Source of the DNA: Yuukianura sp. NJ FZ-2021
Lineage: Eukaryota
Direction: 5' to 3'
Assembly: GCA_046563655.1 (NCBI GenBank)
Contig: CM102289.1
Location: forward strand, 6,200,001-6,264,000
Length of the DNA stretch: 64,000 nucleotides
The translations under genes and the position numbers were made by a program. How positions within the stretch are numbered: the stretch's first letter is position 1; the number at the start of each line of letters is the position of its first letter. Shown one piece after another: positions 1 through 11,383 of the stretch. A model generated the notes under the pieces. That model searched no databases. It had not been told where the DNA came from and saw only the letters and a program-made list of their open reading frames with translations.

Positions 1-1991
1 GTGGTTCGGAAAGGCCGTCGTCTTCTTTCTGAGTATGAGTGGATGATGGACGGCGATCATTGAGACGACTAACTATGCCTATGGCTTGGTGAGCAGTGGA
101 CGTCGATGGTATGTCCGCTGATGAAGGAACGATGAGTGACTTTGGTGTAGATGAATCGACGAGTGACTTGGAATTCGACGGTAACTGATTAGATGTGGCT
201 TCCTTTGGTTTTGCTCCGTTACTTTTTGGTTTCGGTGGACCGAGGAACTTTTTTACCGGTAGAAGTTCAATAACCGAATAAACTTCAAGACCAAAAGCAT
301 CTTGAAAAAATGAAAGAAAAAAGTTTTTGACAAACTCCAACCAAGTGATACTTCCTCGGAAAATTACTTCTTCAGCTGAGAGGCCACAAGTTGAAAACTG
401 AGACCAAAACGTTTGACAAAAATCGGTTGTAGGACGAGCAGCAAATCCTAGCTGTTTGTGTACATATTTGTCTCCTGGTACTTGATTCTCTTCAACTTCG
501 TCATTTTTGCCATTTTTAGAATTTACGTCTGTGTCAGCACCGCTACCTTTCTTTTGTTTGAAAGGAAACTCGATTTTTGAAAAAATATCCATGAGCTTGG
601 CCGAGCGCAGAACTGATGGAGTTGCACTTAGGAATTTGTCGAGAAGCTCAGCAGTTTTTGTACAGGCAACCTGGAATTTCTGAAGTACCAAAAAACTAGT
701 TACTCCGCTGACGTTGTAGTTGAGTACAAAAGGATCTTGAATAATGAATGCATTCTGAGGAGATACTCGAAGTCGCTCGTCTACTCCTTGACAGTAGCAC
801 CACTCTTTGTACCGATTCATTTCCGGCGGCAATTCTTGCTCATACCCTGGATAAAATTGAGTCCTAGGAAGGAAGTCTCCTAGAAGCGAACAGACTACAT
901 ATTTGGAAGCGTCAAAATTGGCAAACAGCTTGCAAAATCCGAGCATGAGTAGGAGAATATTCTGACAGGATGCGTTTGGTCGCATTCCATGAATGGATTG
1001 AAGATGACGCAGAAGGAGGAAGTCATTTTCAATAAAGGAAGCATCCCAGTCTTCAATTTCACAACGATGCTCCTTCGCAGTCCAATTTTGCAATTCGAAG
1101 ATCGATGGCACGATATGATTCTGCGTGAGGTACACCAGGATAAGCAGAATGAGACCATAATTCTTAATTTTTGAAGAATCAGTAAGTCCGTGAAACTTCG
1201 CCCAGTATCGAATGAGGCACATGAGTGGTTTGACTCTGGCGTCAATTCGAGTATAAAGTTGGATTAATCTTGAGTTCCGAACAGACAGGAAATTTTCGAA
1301 TGATAAATCGCAACTAATCTTGGTTTGACAATGGATTGCCTTTATGATTGGAACTCTTGCAGAGGCTATAGGAATGATGTTGCCAAAAACTCGCCCGACC
1401 TTGACTTGTCGTCGAAGTATATGCTGGACGGCTGAGAATACTGCTCTCTTCTGATTCGGATCAACCACCTTGACTTGACCATTTTTAACTAAAATTACAA
1501 AAGAATATAAGTTAAAACTACGTAAAGCAATACATAGTATTTTCAGTAATCAATTCTAATTTACCATTACTGTTGCAGTCAACATAAATGTCCAAGTCGG
1601 AGAGTTTATCTCCGAGTCCTGTAATCAAAGAACCAAACGGATGCAATTGCACTTGCGGAAATTCGTTGATCAATAATCGTTCCAAGTCAGCCATAACTCG
1701 TCTCCGATCCTCGAAATTTTCTACATTCATTGTTACTTCCGTCATGAAACGCTGTAGCTGGAAGTCCAAATCATTGAAAATTCCAGGAACAGGCGTCGAT
1801 ACCAAATAGACCAATCTTTCATGGACAGTGTCATGTTGAGGTTCCAATACGAATCCGTGGCCTCTGCCAGCTCCTCTTTGAGCAAAATGTCTTCCTCTCC
1901 CGGACGGTTTGGTAGAATCCACTGCTGACGCTGATCCATTTTGTTTTGTTCTGCCATTCATCGTTCTTGGCCGTTGTGGAATGTCTCCCAT
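1..1991 (-). CDS. Non-canonical poly(A) polymerase / terminal uridylyltransferase (TENT family, Star-PAP/TUT1- or MTPAP-like); 3' end beyond window
   Basis: Exons 1991-1565 and 1488-<1, joined by a phase-1 GT-AG intron; the second exon is open to the window edge. Motifs: PFGS..TGLGDKLSDLDIYV (pol-beta NTase GS and DxD), SARVPIIK, SCDLSFEN (third Asp), RNSRLI..Y..D.RV.PL...IRYWAK, NYGLILL, and PAP-associated IQDPFVLNYNVS. ATG at 1991 lies just after a cacag acceptor. Confidence 0.9.
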
Positions 1992-2860
1992 TCTGTGATA
2001 CAAAATTTAACATAAATGGAAAAAATTAATATATATAAAATCAAATAAGGTAATAAAATATGTTTACAATCACTAAACGTTTAGATAAATCTCTACTCTA
2101 CAACCCAAATTCGTTTTCGATTTTCACTTTCCCAATTACTCCAATCGTCAAATCGCGTGTAACTCTACCCCTTATGCCATGTTAACTAACAGGCAATTTC
2201 CGGGTTTGTTTACATGATTAGTGATTATGATTAACAATAGCAATTACTACCTCCTTCCTATTAGATGATTTCCTCTTCCTGTTACTTCACGATATCAATC
2301 CAATTTACTACACAAATACGATCTAATCTAAATCAGCTGTTAATCATTTAAAAAGTTACTGCAATAGCTCACTTGTCACCGTGTTCATCAGCACTGGACA
2401 AATTCTTACTACAATACAACATTCATCATGTTAAAAAAAATACCATTGAAGTCTCGAAAAACCATTTGACTTTTACATAGAAAATTTTTAAAAATGTTAA
2501 CGCAATTTTTTATTCTTCCAACATTTAAGGCGTTTATTTAGGCTATAACTTTGCTTAGCTCAGCCAAACGCAACAACATTTATAATCAAGTTTGTGATAT
2601 TTCGCAGAGACAGGTCTTTGCAAATTTTAATTTTTTTTATACAAAAAAAAACACACGATGAAACAGCTTTCAAGTACTGCAGCAAAAACTCTGGTTTGCC
2701 TTGAAATGATTTGTCTTTCGAATGTCTTTCAAAGTTCATGGAAACTTTGGTATTGAAATCCCAGAAAATTTTTACTTTGATCCGATTTAACCAAGTCCTA
2801 AACGGCTGTGTACATTTAGTAGGCAAATTGATTGAAGAATCGAGTAAAATTAGGTTCACA

Positions 2861-3521
2861 ATGGAGTTCAAGGTCGTTTTGCTTTTATGGTTCGAAATGG
2901 GACTTCTCGTTCACGGAGCAGAAGTTGCGAGTGCCGGTTGTCGCTCTTCTGATGGATTTGGTGAGTTGAAAACATCAAAATTTTGATTAACTTTCGACAC
3001 AATTAAAATTGTTGACAGTAATTTCCTTATTATCGGCTTTCTTTAATATAGACAGATTCATTTGTACTCCGGGATGGGTTCAACACGGCCGGAAATGTTT
3101 CAAACTTCTTCAAATTCTGAAAACATTTGACGAAGCCGATGCTTCTTGCAAAAGTAACAATGGGATTTTGGCTTCGATTGGGTCAGAGGTCGAACATAAC
3201 TTTGTCCTTGACTATATTCTGAGGGAAGTCAGAGAATCAGACCTTAACTCCATTTGGATTGGCGGGAAAAGGAAGAGGACGCGTTACATTTGGATGGACT
3301 TGGAACCATTTTCTTACGTAGATTGGCATTCGGGGAATGCCAACTTCCTTAAATCTGACCTCAACAATTGCATCCAACTTCAAACAACGACAGCCACTTA
3401 TGAAACGGATCAAAAAGGTTTTGGCAAATTTTTGCTACAGCAATGCAACATGAAGAACCATTTCATGTGTCAAAAACATCCAGACGTTTTGCTGCCGCTT
3501 CGCAGCGTCTCCAGCGCTTAA
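2861..3521 (+). CDS. Secreted C-type lectin-like domain protein (paralog 1)
   Basis: Exons 2861-2960 (signal peptide MEFKVVLLLWFEMGLLVHG) and 3052-3521, phase-1 intron. CTLD pattern CTPGW...KCFK...TFDEA..SC...LASI.SE.E..FV...WIGG...W.D...C....C....FMCQK. AATAAA just after the stop. Confidence 0.88.
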
Positions 3522-4024
3522 AATAAATCACTGGAACTTTTGTTGCTTGGAATCTCTATGTTGAATTTTTTCCAATTAATAAATTGTATAGTGTGGTGTT
3601 AATTAATACTTCGAAAAATAGTAGAAATTAATTGTTGAATGACATAGATACAAAGGTTTTCATACATCGCGATTCGCGATTCGCGAACTTATTTGCACAC
3701 CAAGTTATGCCCATTACTGCACAAATGTGCCACATTTGAGTTGTGGTATCACTTACTGCAACTCAAATGTTTACAAGCAAGAGCGCAGTAATTAAAGTTA
3801 AGTGGTTTATAATGTTTAATTAATTGCTTAATCATTAATCTAATCATTGAATTGCCTACTAGACTTCAAAGAATCAACTTTCCTCTTCCGGAATAAATTA
3901 GTAAAATGTAAGTAATGCACTGGAAATACTTGGGAAATCAATCCAGATAAATTGTAGTTTTGAAGGTATGTTATTTTGATTTGGTTAGATTCACACGCTA
4001 CTGGAAACTCCGTTGCTATTGAAC

Positions 4025-6929
4025 ATGTGGTACCAATGTCCGGAATGTCGTATTTTACTAGATTCGAAGCTAGTGTTCCTGACACATATTGCAAAACATC
4101 GGGAAATTGGTGAATCTTCCAGATATTTCCATATGCCTGGAGGGTAACATTTTTACTAACTATGAGTTACATTCTGGGTACATAAGTTAAGATCGAGTAA
4201 CAAATTAATGTCCCATCCAAATGTAATTTGGTATTGCAGAGAAGTTTTGGACATAAATGGCTTAGATGGATCACACATTTTCTTACCGTGGATTAAACTA
4301 GCTCCGATTGAACTCATTTGCAAGAACTCCAGCATATCAGTTTTACCGAATTTTGGGCCGAAACTGGTGGCCATGACTGAAGATGATATTGCGTCGATTA
4401 AAGCTAGTATTACAAAGAAGCGCAGATGGAAAAAGTGTGTCAACCTGTCAACCGGGTTGATAGGAAATCGCGGGGCCAAAGCGGTGTATTCCTAGTGCGC
4501 CGAAGGCGCGCTAGGAAATTTTTGAAGTTTGTTAGGAAATTTTCTGGAGATTTTCCTAAATGAGGAAATTTTCTGGAGATTTTCCTAAATGAGGAAATTT
4601 TCCTAAATGAGGAAATTTTCTGGAGATTTTCCTAAATGAAGAAATTTTCTGGGGATTTTCTTAAATGAGGAAATTTTCCGGAGATTTTCCTAAATAGAAA
4701 AATTTTCTGGAGATTTTCCTAAATGAGGAAATTTTCCGGAGATTTTCATAAATGAGGAAATTTTCTGGAGATTTTCCTAAATGAGATTTTATGAATAAGG
4801 AAATTTTCATGAGTGATTTCCTAATGAGGAAATTTCCTATAGAATTTTCTATTTCCTTAGTCGAATTAGAAATTTTCTATTAAATTTCCTATTTTTTATT
4901 CGAAAACGATATAGAAAATTTCCTAAAAATGACAAAATTTTTCTATAAAGATAAATTGGATAGGAAATCCCCCCTCCTTTCCACCCTCTCAAAAAAAGAA
5001 AATTTTCTCAAAAAATTTTCTTCGAAATTTCCTATGCAACTTTTATTCGAAATTTCCTATGCAAATTTTCTTCGAAATTTCCTATGCAAATAAATTGAAA
5101 CAGAAAATTTCCTGAAATTTTTTTTTGCCGAAGTAGGAAATTTCCTCAAATTTAATGTTCAATTTCCTAAAATTGTTGATACGCAGTAATAAGAACCGCT
5201 CTCCCGCACCCCGCGCGCCCCACACCACGCACGTATGATCTTGAGTTTGGTTGACAGAGAGAATTGCACTTTTTCCCTCTGCGCAAAGAAGCATGTTGAT
5301 GCAGAGGCCACAATTCATAAGAATAAACGAAGGAATATGGGCTCCAAAAGAAAGCACACACAACAGCATTCTACAGGGAGGCGTAGTCTTACTCGGAATA
5401 GCCCGGAAAGTATTTCGGAAATAGAAAAGAAAAAACCGTTTCAGTGCAAAATTTGCCAAATGCGATTCTCAGAAAAACGGGCTCTAATCTGCCACATCCC
5501 GAAGCACAGGGAGAACAGCCGAGTCGGTACGGATTGTCCTCCTCGTCGGAACTTCTCGTGTAGTATTTGCGGACAAAGTACCCCCAGCAGGTGCGTTAAC
5601 TTATCAAAAAATCATTGGGATTCGATTAGTTAATGCTAATCCCATTCTGACTCCGTGGCCCAATGTCTGTTCTATTTTCATGACAGGTATCTCTTGAAGC
5701 GTCATATGGCATTACATTTCGATGTTACATTTCCGTGCGATATTTGCGGTGCAAAGTTGTCCAGGAAAGATACCTTAAGTAAACACATGGAAACTTTCCA
5801 TTCAGCCGATTCTCCAAAGAAACCAAGACGTATAAATCCAATGTTGCCAAGGAAAAGACCTGTTCTGAGGGTCCCAGAAGGAACTCCCAACCCACTGCTT
5901 ACGAAAAATAGCACCTTATCTACTTTTTCAAAGAATGATTTTCTGGTTGACAGTAGCGGAAAAATCAAACAGGAGGATGGACTTACCGCTTGTTCAAAAA
6001 TGCGAAATAATTTTTTAGCCACCGCGCTACCGAACTTTTCAGGTATTTTGTCCAGATCGGAAACCAACAAGCTCCTGTCAGAACTCGACCCTGACGCATT
6101 CAAATACCCAACTCGATTCCAGGACTCCTTTGCCTGTGCACACTGTTCTTCAACTTTTTCTCGGAGTTTTTGTCTACAACAGCATATGAAAACTTTTCAT
6201 GCAGAGGAATTCGTCGCAGACAAGAAACTCAATTCACAAAATCCGGAATTAATATGTGATCACTGTGGATTTGTCACGACGTCTTCAAAAGTTCTGTCCA
6301 GACACTTATCCTCTGAACACCCAGAAGCACCCTTATTCAAATGCTCTCACTGCCGATATCACTTTAGAACTAAACATGCACTGAATACTCATGCCCAATT
6401 TTGTCATGCAAATGGTAATGATTTGTCGACATCAAAACCGAAGTGTTCAGACTGTCATAAGAAATTCCTGACCATAGAAGGTTTACGAAACCACGTAAAA
6501 CGAGGTTCTTGTGATGGTCAACCTGGAGAAGAATCTGATGCTGAAGAATCGGAGACCAGTAACAAGGTCAAATGTTCTTCCTGTAAGAAGCTTTTTTCAT
6601 CATTAACAAACATGCGACGACATTTAAGCGGAAATGTGTGCCCTGTAAAGGCAGGTCCTCGTTTTGCGTGTGAGCAGTGTGGAAAACTGAAGAAAAATTT
6701 GAGATCACTGCGTAAACATTTACTCATTCATGCACCAGACCGAGTACTGTATACGTGTAAATTATGTAATGAAACATGTTGTAATCCGGAGACACTTCGC
6801 CGCCACGTTGACCTCATTCATGGAATCCAAAAGTTCAGAAGAAACCAAGTCAAGGTCAAGCGTCAGGTTAAGGACGAGAAGAAATTCAAAGTCCAGGTCA
6901 AGGACGAAGCTGAAACTAAACCAAGCTAA
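4025..6929 (+). CDS. Multi-finger C2H2/C2HC zinc-finger protein (11 fingers), probable transcription factor
   Basis: In-frame exon chain 4025-4143, 4240-4434, 5258-5590, 5687-6929; all three introns are phase 2, GT-AG. First finger YQCPECRILLDSKLVFLTHIAKH is absent from the ORF track. Finger FSCSICGQSTPSR/YLLKRHMALH is split by the 5591-5686 intron. The two 5' exons are less certain than the last two. Confidence 0.82.
4533..4782. repeat. Minisatellite, 29-bp unit GAGGAAATTTTCTGGAGATTTTCCTAAAT, about 8 copies plus one 18-bp truncated unit
   Basis: Directly visible head-to-tail copies with few substitutions, decaying towards ~4840. Confidence 0.95.
5021..5090. repeat. Three copies of a ~25-bp unit TTCGAAATTTCCTATGCAA...
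   Basis: Directly visible; shares the AAATTTCCT core with the 29-bp array. Confidence 0.85.
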
Positions 6930-8060
6930 GCTATAGTTGAAACCTCAGACTTATTTGTTAATTTAACATTGAATTTAGTACAAAACATAATGTTATTACG
7001 AATATATGTATTTTTTATATTTCGGCATCTATTAACTCTTTGCATTGCATGGCTAACTTTACCTTCTTAAAAAGTGTAAAAAAAAATTGGGTTTAAAATG
7101 TTTACGTTACATAGTTTATAAATAATCTCTGCAACACTTGACTTATCTATCTTCCATCGATCACTTTTTCAATTTACTGTAACCAGCGTTTTCTTTTTTT
7201 TTTTTTTTTTTTTTGCAAATTACTTTTTGTGTCTGTTGCAAATTCGGAATGTTTACATCTGTGCATCTTCCTACAATTCACAATGTAAAATTACACAGAA
7301 GATCCATTCACACAGACATATATTGACGCGAAATGTAAACAAACATGAAGGTGTTTGGTTTTGGAAATTAACGTATTAATAATACACCAGACATAGCGGT
7401 TTCCATCTTGTGTTCTGCGATCCTTGAGCAAAAGCAGCAAAGTGCCTTTGTGGTTTCGGGGAATATTTTATGTCCGTGGTTGTTTAGAATAGCCAAACTA
7501 AAATGTTACTTAAATATGTTCTACAGCACAACAACTTTAGTTAGTTACATTCTAGAATTTCAGTAGGAAACTCAGACAGACACTTTAAAGAGCTCAAGTG
7601 TAACAAATTGGATAAGTTTTTTTTAAAAGCATCTTCTTGTCCTACCGAAAAGACTCACACTTTGGTTGCAAATTGACAGACATCTTAAAATTGAAAAAAA
7701 AATGGAAACACTTGGACTGACATTTTATGATTAACTGGTCTTGAATTAAACTGCTTCTTGTGCAAATAAGTATAAAGTCACTTTAATAAAGAACTTTGAC
7801 GCCACTTTAAGTGAGTTAAATCTTCTGCTTATCTTTCAGTTTGTTATGGTCCATTGGACTCGATATATTGGCGTCAAGTAATTTAGGTTAATCTTCTGCT
7901 AGTGTCTTTCTTGCAAAATTTAAAATTTGTGAAAGGTCATCATTATCATGTTAAAATTTGCTGAACCTTGACGCATTTTCGAGCGTCTGTAGACATTAAT
8001 TTACTTGGAGACTTTTTAAGTTGCTGACTTGGATTTGACTATAACCGGAAAAACAGAAAC

Positions 8061-10317
8061 ATGAACATAGTTACTGTGATGGAAATTTGGTTGATCGGTT
8101 TCCTGGCGTAAGGTCACCACAAATTAATGTGCAAGTGATACTAATTGATTTTAACCACATCGAGTTCATTTGATTGTTATTTTTAGATTGTTCGCGGTTA
8201 CGGAAGCCAGACGGGACGAAGATGACTATGTGACGTACAATTTGCTACGTTCCGTTCGAAGCCTAGACGGAATAAAAACCGAACAAGATGAACCCGATGG
8301 ATTCGGGAATTCCGAACCGCTCCCGGTACCGGAAGCGCAAGCATCAACTGGAGGCAACTCTACAAGTTCGACGGATCTCATGAGGCAGCTACTTCCGCCA
8401 GGCTACAACATGCATGAAATCCCTAAACATAAATGTATAATTTTATGAATTATAAATATGCATAAAAAATAGGAAAACAAACATTTTGGAATGAACCAGA
8501 AATAATCGATGAAATTTGTTTAGCCGGACGTCCATTTGAAGTCCTGATTCAACTCAACATTCGTAAAATTTTGGCCTTCGATGAACCAAATGAGGTAAAT
8601 TTCAAAATTTCTCGAAGTTACTTCGGAGAATTTTCAAGGTTCAAATATTGAATGTGTATTTTTCAAACATTTCAATATTGTTATTGTAGTTTATCAAAAC
8701 GGATATTGAGTTTCGTGTTTTCTGGACGGACTACAAAATCCGAGACGCCTTCAATGCAAGGAAAGCAAAATTTGGTGTGAAGCCAACATCATTTGATGAA
8801 TTGACGCCGGCGGATCGCAAGAAAATGACGATCAGGTTGAACGATCCGGCCATTTTAGATTTAATTTGGAAACCGAATCTGTTTTTTGGTAAAGAAGTTT
8901 AGTTTTCAAATTCTTTTCTAAAGAATGTTTAAACTTCTTTGTAATGCAATGTTCTCTATGAACAGGAGGATTGCTGAAAGTGACTCAGCCGTACGCTATG
9001 GCCAAGCCAGTTACACTGAAGTTTATTCCAGACATTGGAGCATTTGAATACCTGAGTCGAATTACGGTTACGACTGATTGCCCAATGAATTTCCATTACT
9101 ATCCGGCAGATACACAGGATTGTCGATTCAGCGTTCGTTCATTTTCCTATACTAACAATGATGTTAAATTGAAGTGGTACAAAACTGGTGTTTGGATACA
9201 TGAACTCGAAACGGCTAACTTTGATATCAAGGCTGGAGAATTGGGCAAACATAACAAAATTGAAGATGACGAAGGTACTTTAAATTTCAAATTTTCAAAA
9301 CAAATTGAATGAATTAGTATTTAAAAGTGGTTACTTTGTTGGTTTTTTTTAGATCCGGTTTCAGAGCATTTCGAAGTTTATGACTTCCATATTAAGGCTA
9401 GACGGCGTCTCAGCTACCACGTGGTACGTTGAATAATTTTTATAAAAATGTCAAACTATAGTAAACCTAACTTTGTACAGCTAAGTTTTAGAAAGTTTCA
9501 CAAATTTTCAGGTTCAAACTTACTTGCCCAGGTCAGAACTCAATTTTTTAAGGGAAGAATTTCTTTTAATCAAAATATTCAAAATGGAATTTCAATTTTT
9601 GTATTTCAGTACTTTTTATATCGTGATTACTTGCCTTTGTTTTCTTCTTCCGTCACGATATGTCGAAGCGCGTATTGGAATAGCCATGACTACTCTGCTC
9701 ACTCTAACGGCAATGTTTGCGGCTGTGCGAGAGAGTACACCACAAGTGTCGTATGTAAGATTTTAGATTTTGAAAAAATGAACAAATCAAAACAGAAAGT
9801 ACTTGAGGAATTTAATAGATTCTGATTTTTGTTAGGTAAAAGCAATCGATATCTGGATGGCAGGATCCATCATGTTTGTGTTTCTGACTCTTGCTGAATT
9901 TACGTTCATTACATGGCTGCGTAGTGTCAAAGAGGATTATGAGGCAGTTGAAGCTAAGAAAACTGATGGAGATGAAAATGGAATGGAAATGGAAGTCATG
10001 ATTGCTGGCCAGAATAGTACGAAGAAGTTACCACCAGGACAGATGAGTCCACAGAAAGTCAAACAATACGAAACGCTTATGATTTTTCTGGAAAAGTACA
10101 ATTTTCCAATTTTCATGTCCATCCTAATAGTTTTCTCCATCATGTAAGGCATCTACAAATTTCTGATTTTTTTTTCAAAAACTGTTGAGCCTAGTGAAGA
10201 TTATGCTCCATTATTCTGTTTTTTTTTAGATATTGGATTTGGCTCTTGTCTAGTGCCGATTACTTTGACTGGAAAGTGGACGAAAGATTTAATAATGTTA
10301 ATGGAGATCCTTGGTAA
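8061..10317 (+). CDS. Cys-loop (pentameric) ligand-gated ion channel subunit, GlyR/GABA-A/pHCl-like branch
   Basis: Ten in-frame exons: 8061-8107, 8187-8434, 8524-8594, 8690-8888, 8966-9274, 9353-9423, 9512-9531, 9610-9754, 9836-10143, 10230-10317. Signal peptide; FWTD; IWKPNLFF (loop A); Cys-loop CPMNFHYYPADTQDC; pre-M1 RRRLSYHVVQTYLPS; M2 RIGIAMTTLLTLT; PQVSYVKAIDIWM; M3 FVFLTLAEF; M4 FPIFMSILIVFSIIYW. Confidence 0.93.
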
Positions 10318-11143
10318 AAAAAAAATTAGGTTAATTTTTGAAAAATATTTTTCAAATCTCAGATGTCTCAGAATATGTATGATAATTTTTTGCTTTAAAT
10401 TCTAGTAGTTAAGCTTAGGTCTGGCTTAGATTTTGATGAAGTTTTCTCGTTTTTTGAAAACGGAAAGATTAAGTTACTGGAGGATTTTTAGGGCCTAATG
10501 GCCTGCAGCCGTTAATTATACTCGTAATTAACTACAATTAAATATTAAATATATCCTGGACTTATCTTTAAGTCAGGTTTTAGTTTTTTTTTACTTTCTC
10601 TTTTTCCCATTAATACTCAAACGTAAAGTTCGGGAATTTTTTTGCTTTGTTCACTTTCGAATGAAGTTTGATGAAACCTGCTAAAGACATGTGGGTTCAA
10701 CTGGAACCAATGGCAAACAGCAATGTTGCTTGTCTTTCGCAAAGTAGTTCAAATTATTATTATTTTTGTGTTTTGTTCTGGGAAAACAACTAACTGCAAT
10801 AAAACAAAGTTCAAGATAGTTAACAATTGTATGCCCTCCGATTACTTGTATATTAAGTGTTGAAGTGGTGAACAGAATTAAATTACGCATTTTGTAGTGT
10901 ATTACAATGTCTCGATACAAACCGTGCTGACAAAAAGTTTAAGTTCAATGACGGAGAAAAGGCAGCTCGTTTCGCCTGATTTAACCATTTTCTGCCTTTC
11001 ACTCTTGGTATTTCAAAAAAACGAACAAAAATATAAGACAGCGTATTTACTGTCTCACTATTGACATTACAACAAAAAGTTGATTTGATAGCAATCGGTG
11101 AATTCAAAAAATTTATGTTCAACCTACCTACAGGTAACCTAAC

Positions 11144-11383
11144 CGAGGCCATGCCACAATCTAGGCAACAATAATCTAAGCATTCAAAAATCTAAGCAGA
11201 CCAAAACCTATACAGGTTATATTATGTAATTAGCACTGAAAATATGCTAAACAAACTAACCTAACGTTAACTGAAGCCTATCCAAGTAACCTAACTAAAA
11301 AAACCTAATCCAAATCCACTATAACATGATGCTTAGATTTTGGCGTTCTTTGATTTTTGTTGCTTAGATTATGGCGTGTTTCG
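11144..11383. mobile_element. Small degenerate MITE-like element with terminal inverted repeats and internal CCTAA repeats
   Basis: CATGCCACAATCTAGGCAACAATAATC (11150-11176) matches the reverse complement of GATTTTTGTTGCTTAGATTATGGCGTG (11352-11378) with 4 mismatches. Repeated AATCTAAGCA / TGCTTAGATT subunits; AACCT-rich centre and flanks. Confidence 0.6.

Larger units (their letters stand above)
4445..5257. mobile_element. Non-autonomous inverted-repeat element (MITE- or Helentron/DINE-like) filling intron 2 of the zinc-finger gene
   Basis: CTGTCAACC (4445-4453) and its reverse complement GGTTGACAG (5249-5257). Imperfect subterminal inverted match CGCGGGGCCAAAGCGGT (4469-4485) vs ACCGCTCTCCCGCACCCCGCG (5195-5215). 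Hairpin CCTAGTGCGCC-GAA-GGCGCGCTAGG (4491-4515). Central tandem arrays. No clear TSD. Confidence 0.55.

Noticed and set aside
301..341. Apparent 41-nt GT-AG intron in the nucleotidyltransferase
   Set aside because: The reading frame runs through it without stops (ITWLEFVKNFFLSFFQDAFG), and removing it would shift the frame.
4533..4782. Palindromic ~29-bp repeats resembling a CRISPR array
   Set aside because: Units are head-to-tail with no unique spacers, there are no cas genes, and the context is a eukaryotic intron.
5702..6727. Antisense and alternate-frame ORFs over the zinc-finger gene (similar ones over the DDR, lectin and GR exons)
   Set aside because: They are shadows of real coding exons, with no independent motifs.
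7194..7214. 21-nt poly-T tract as a possible retroposon tail
   Set aside because: No adjacent element body or target-site duplication is recognisable.
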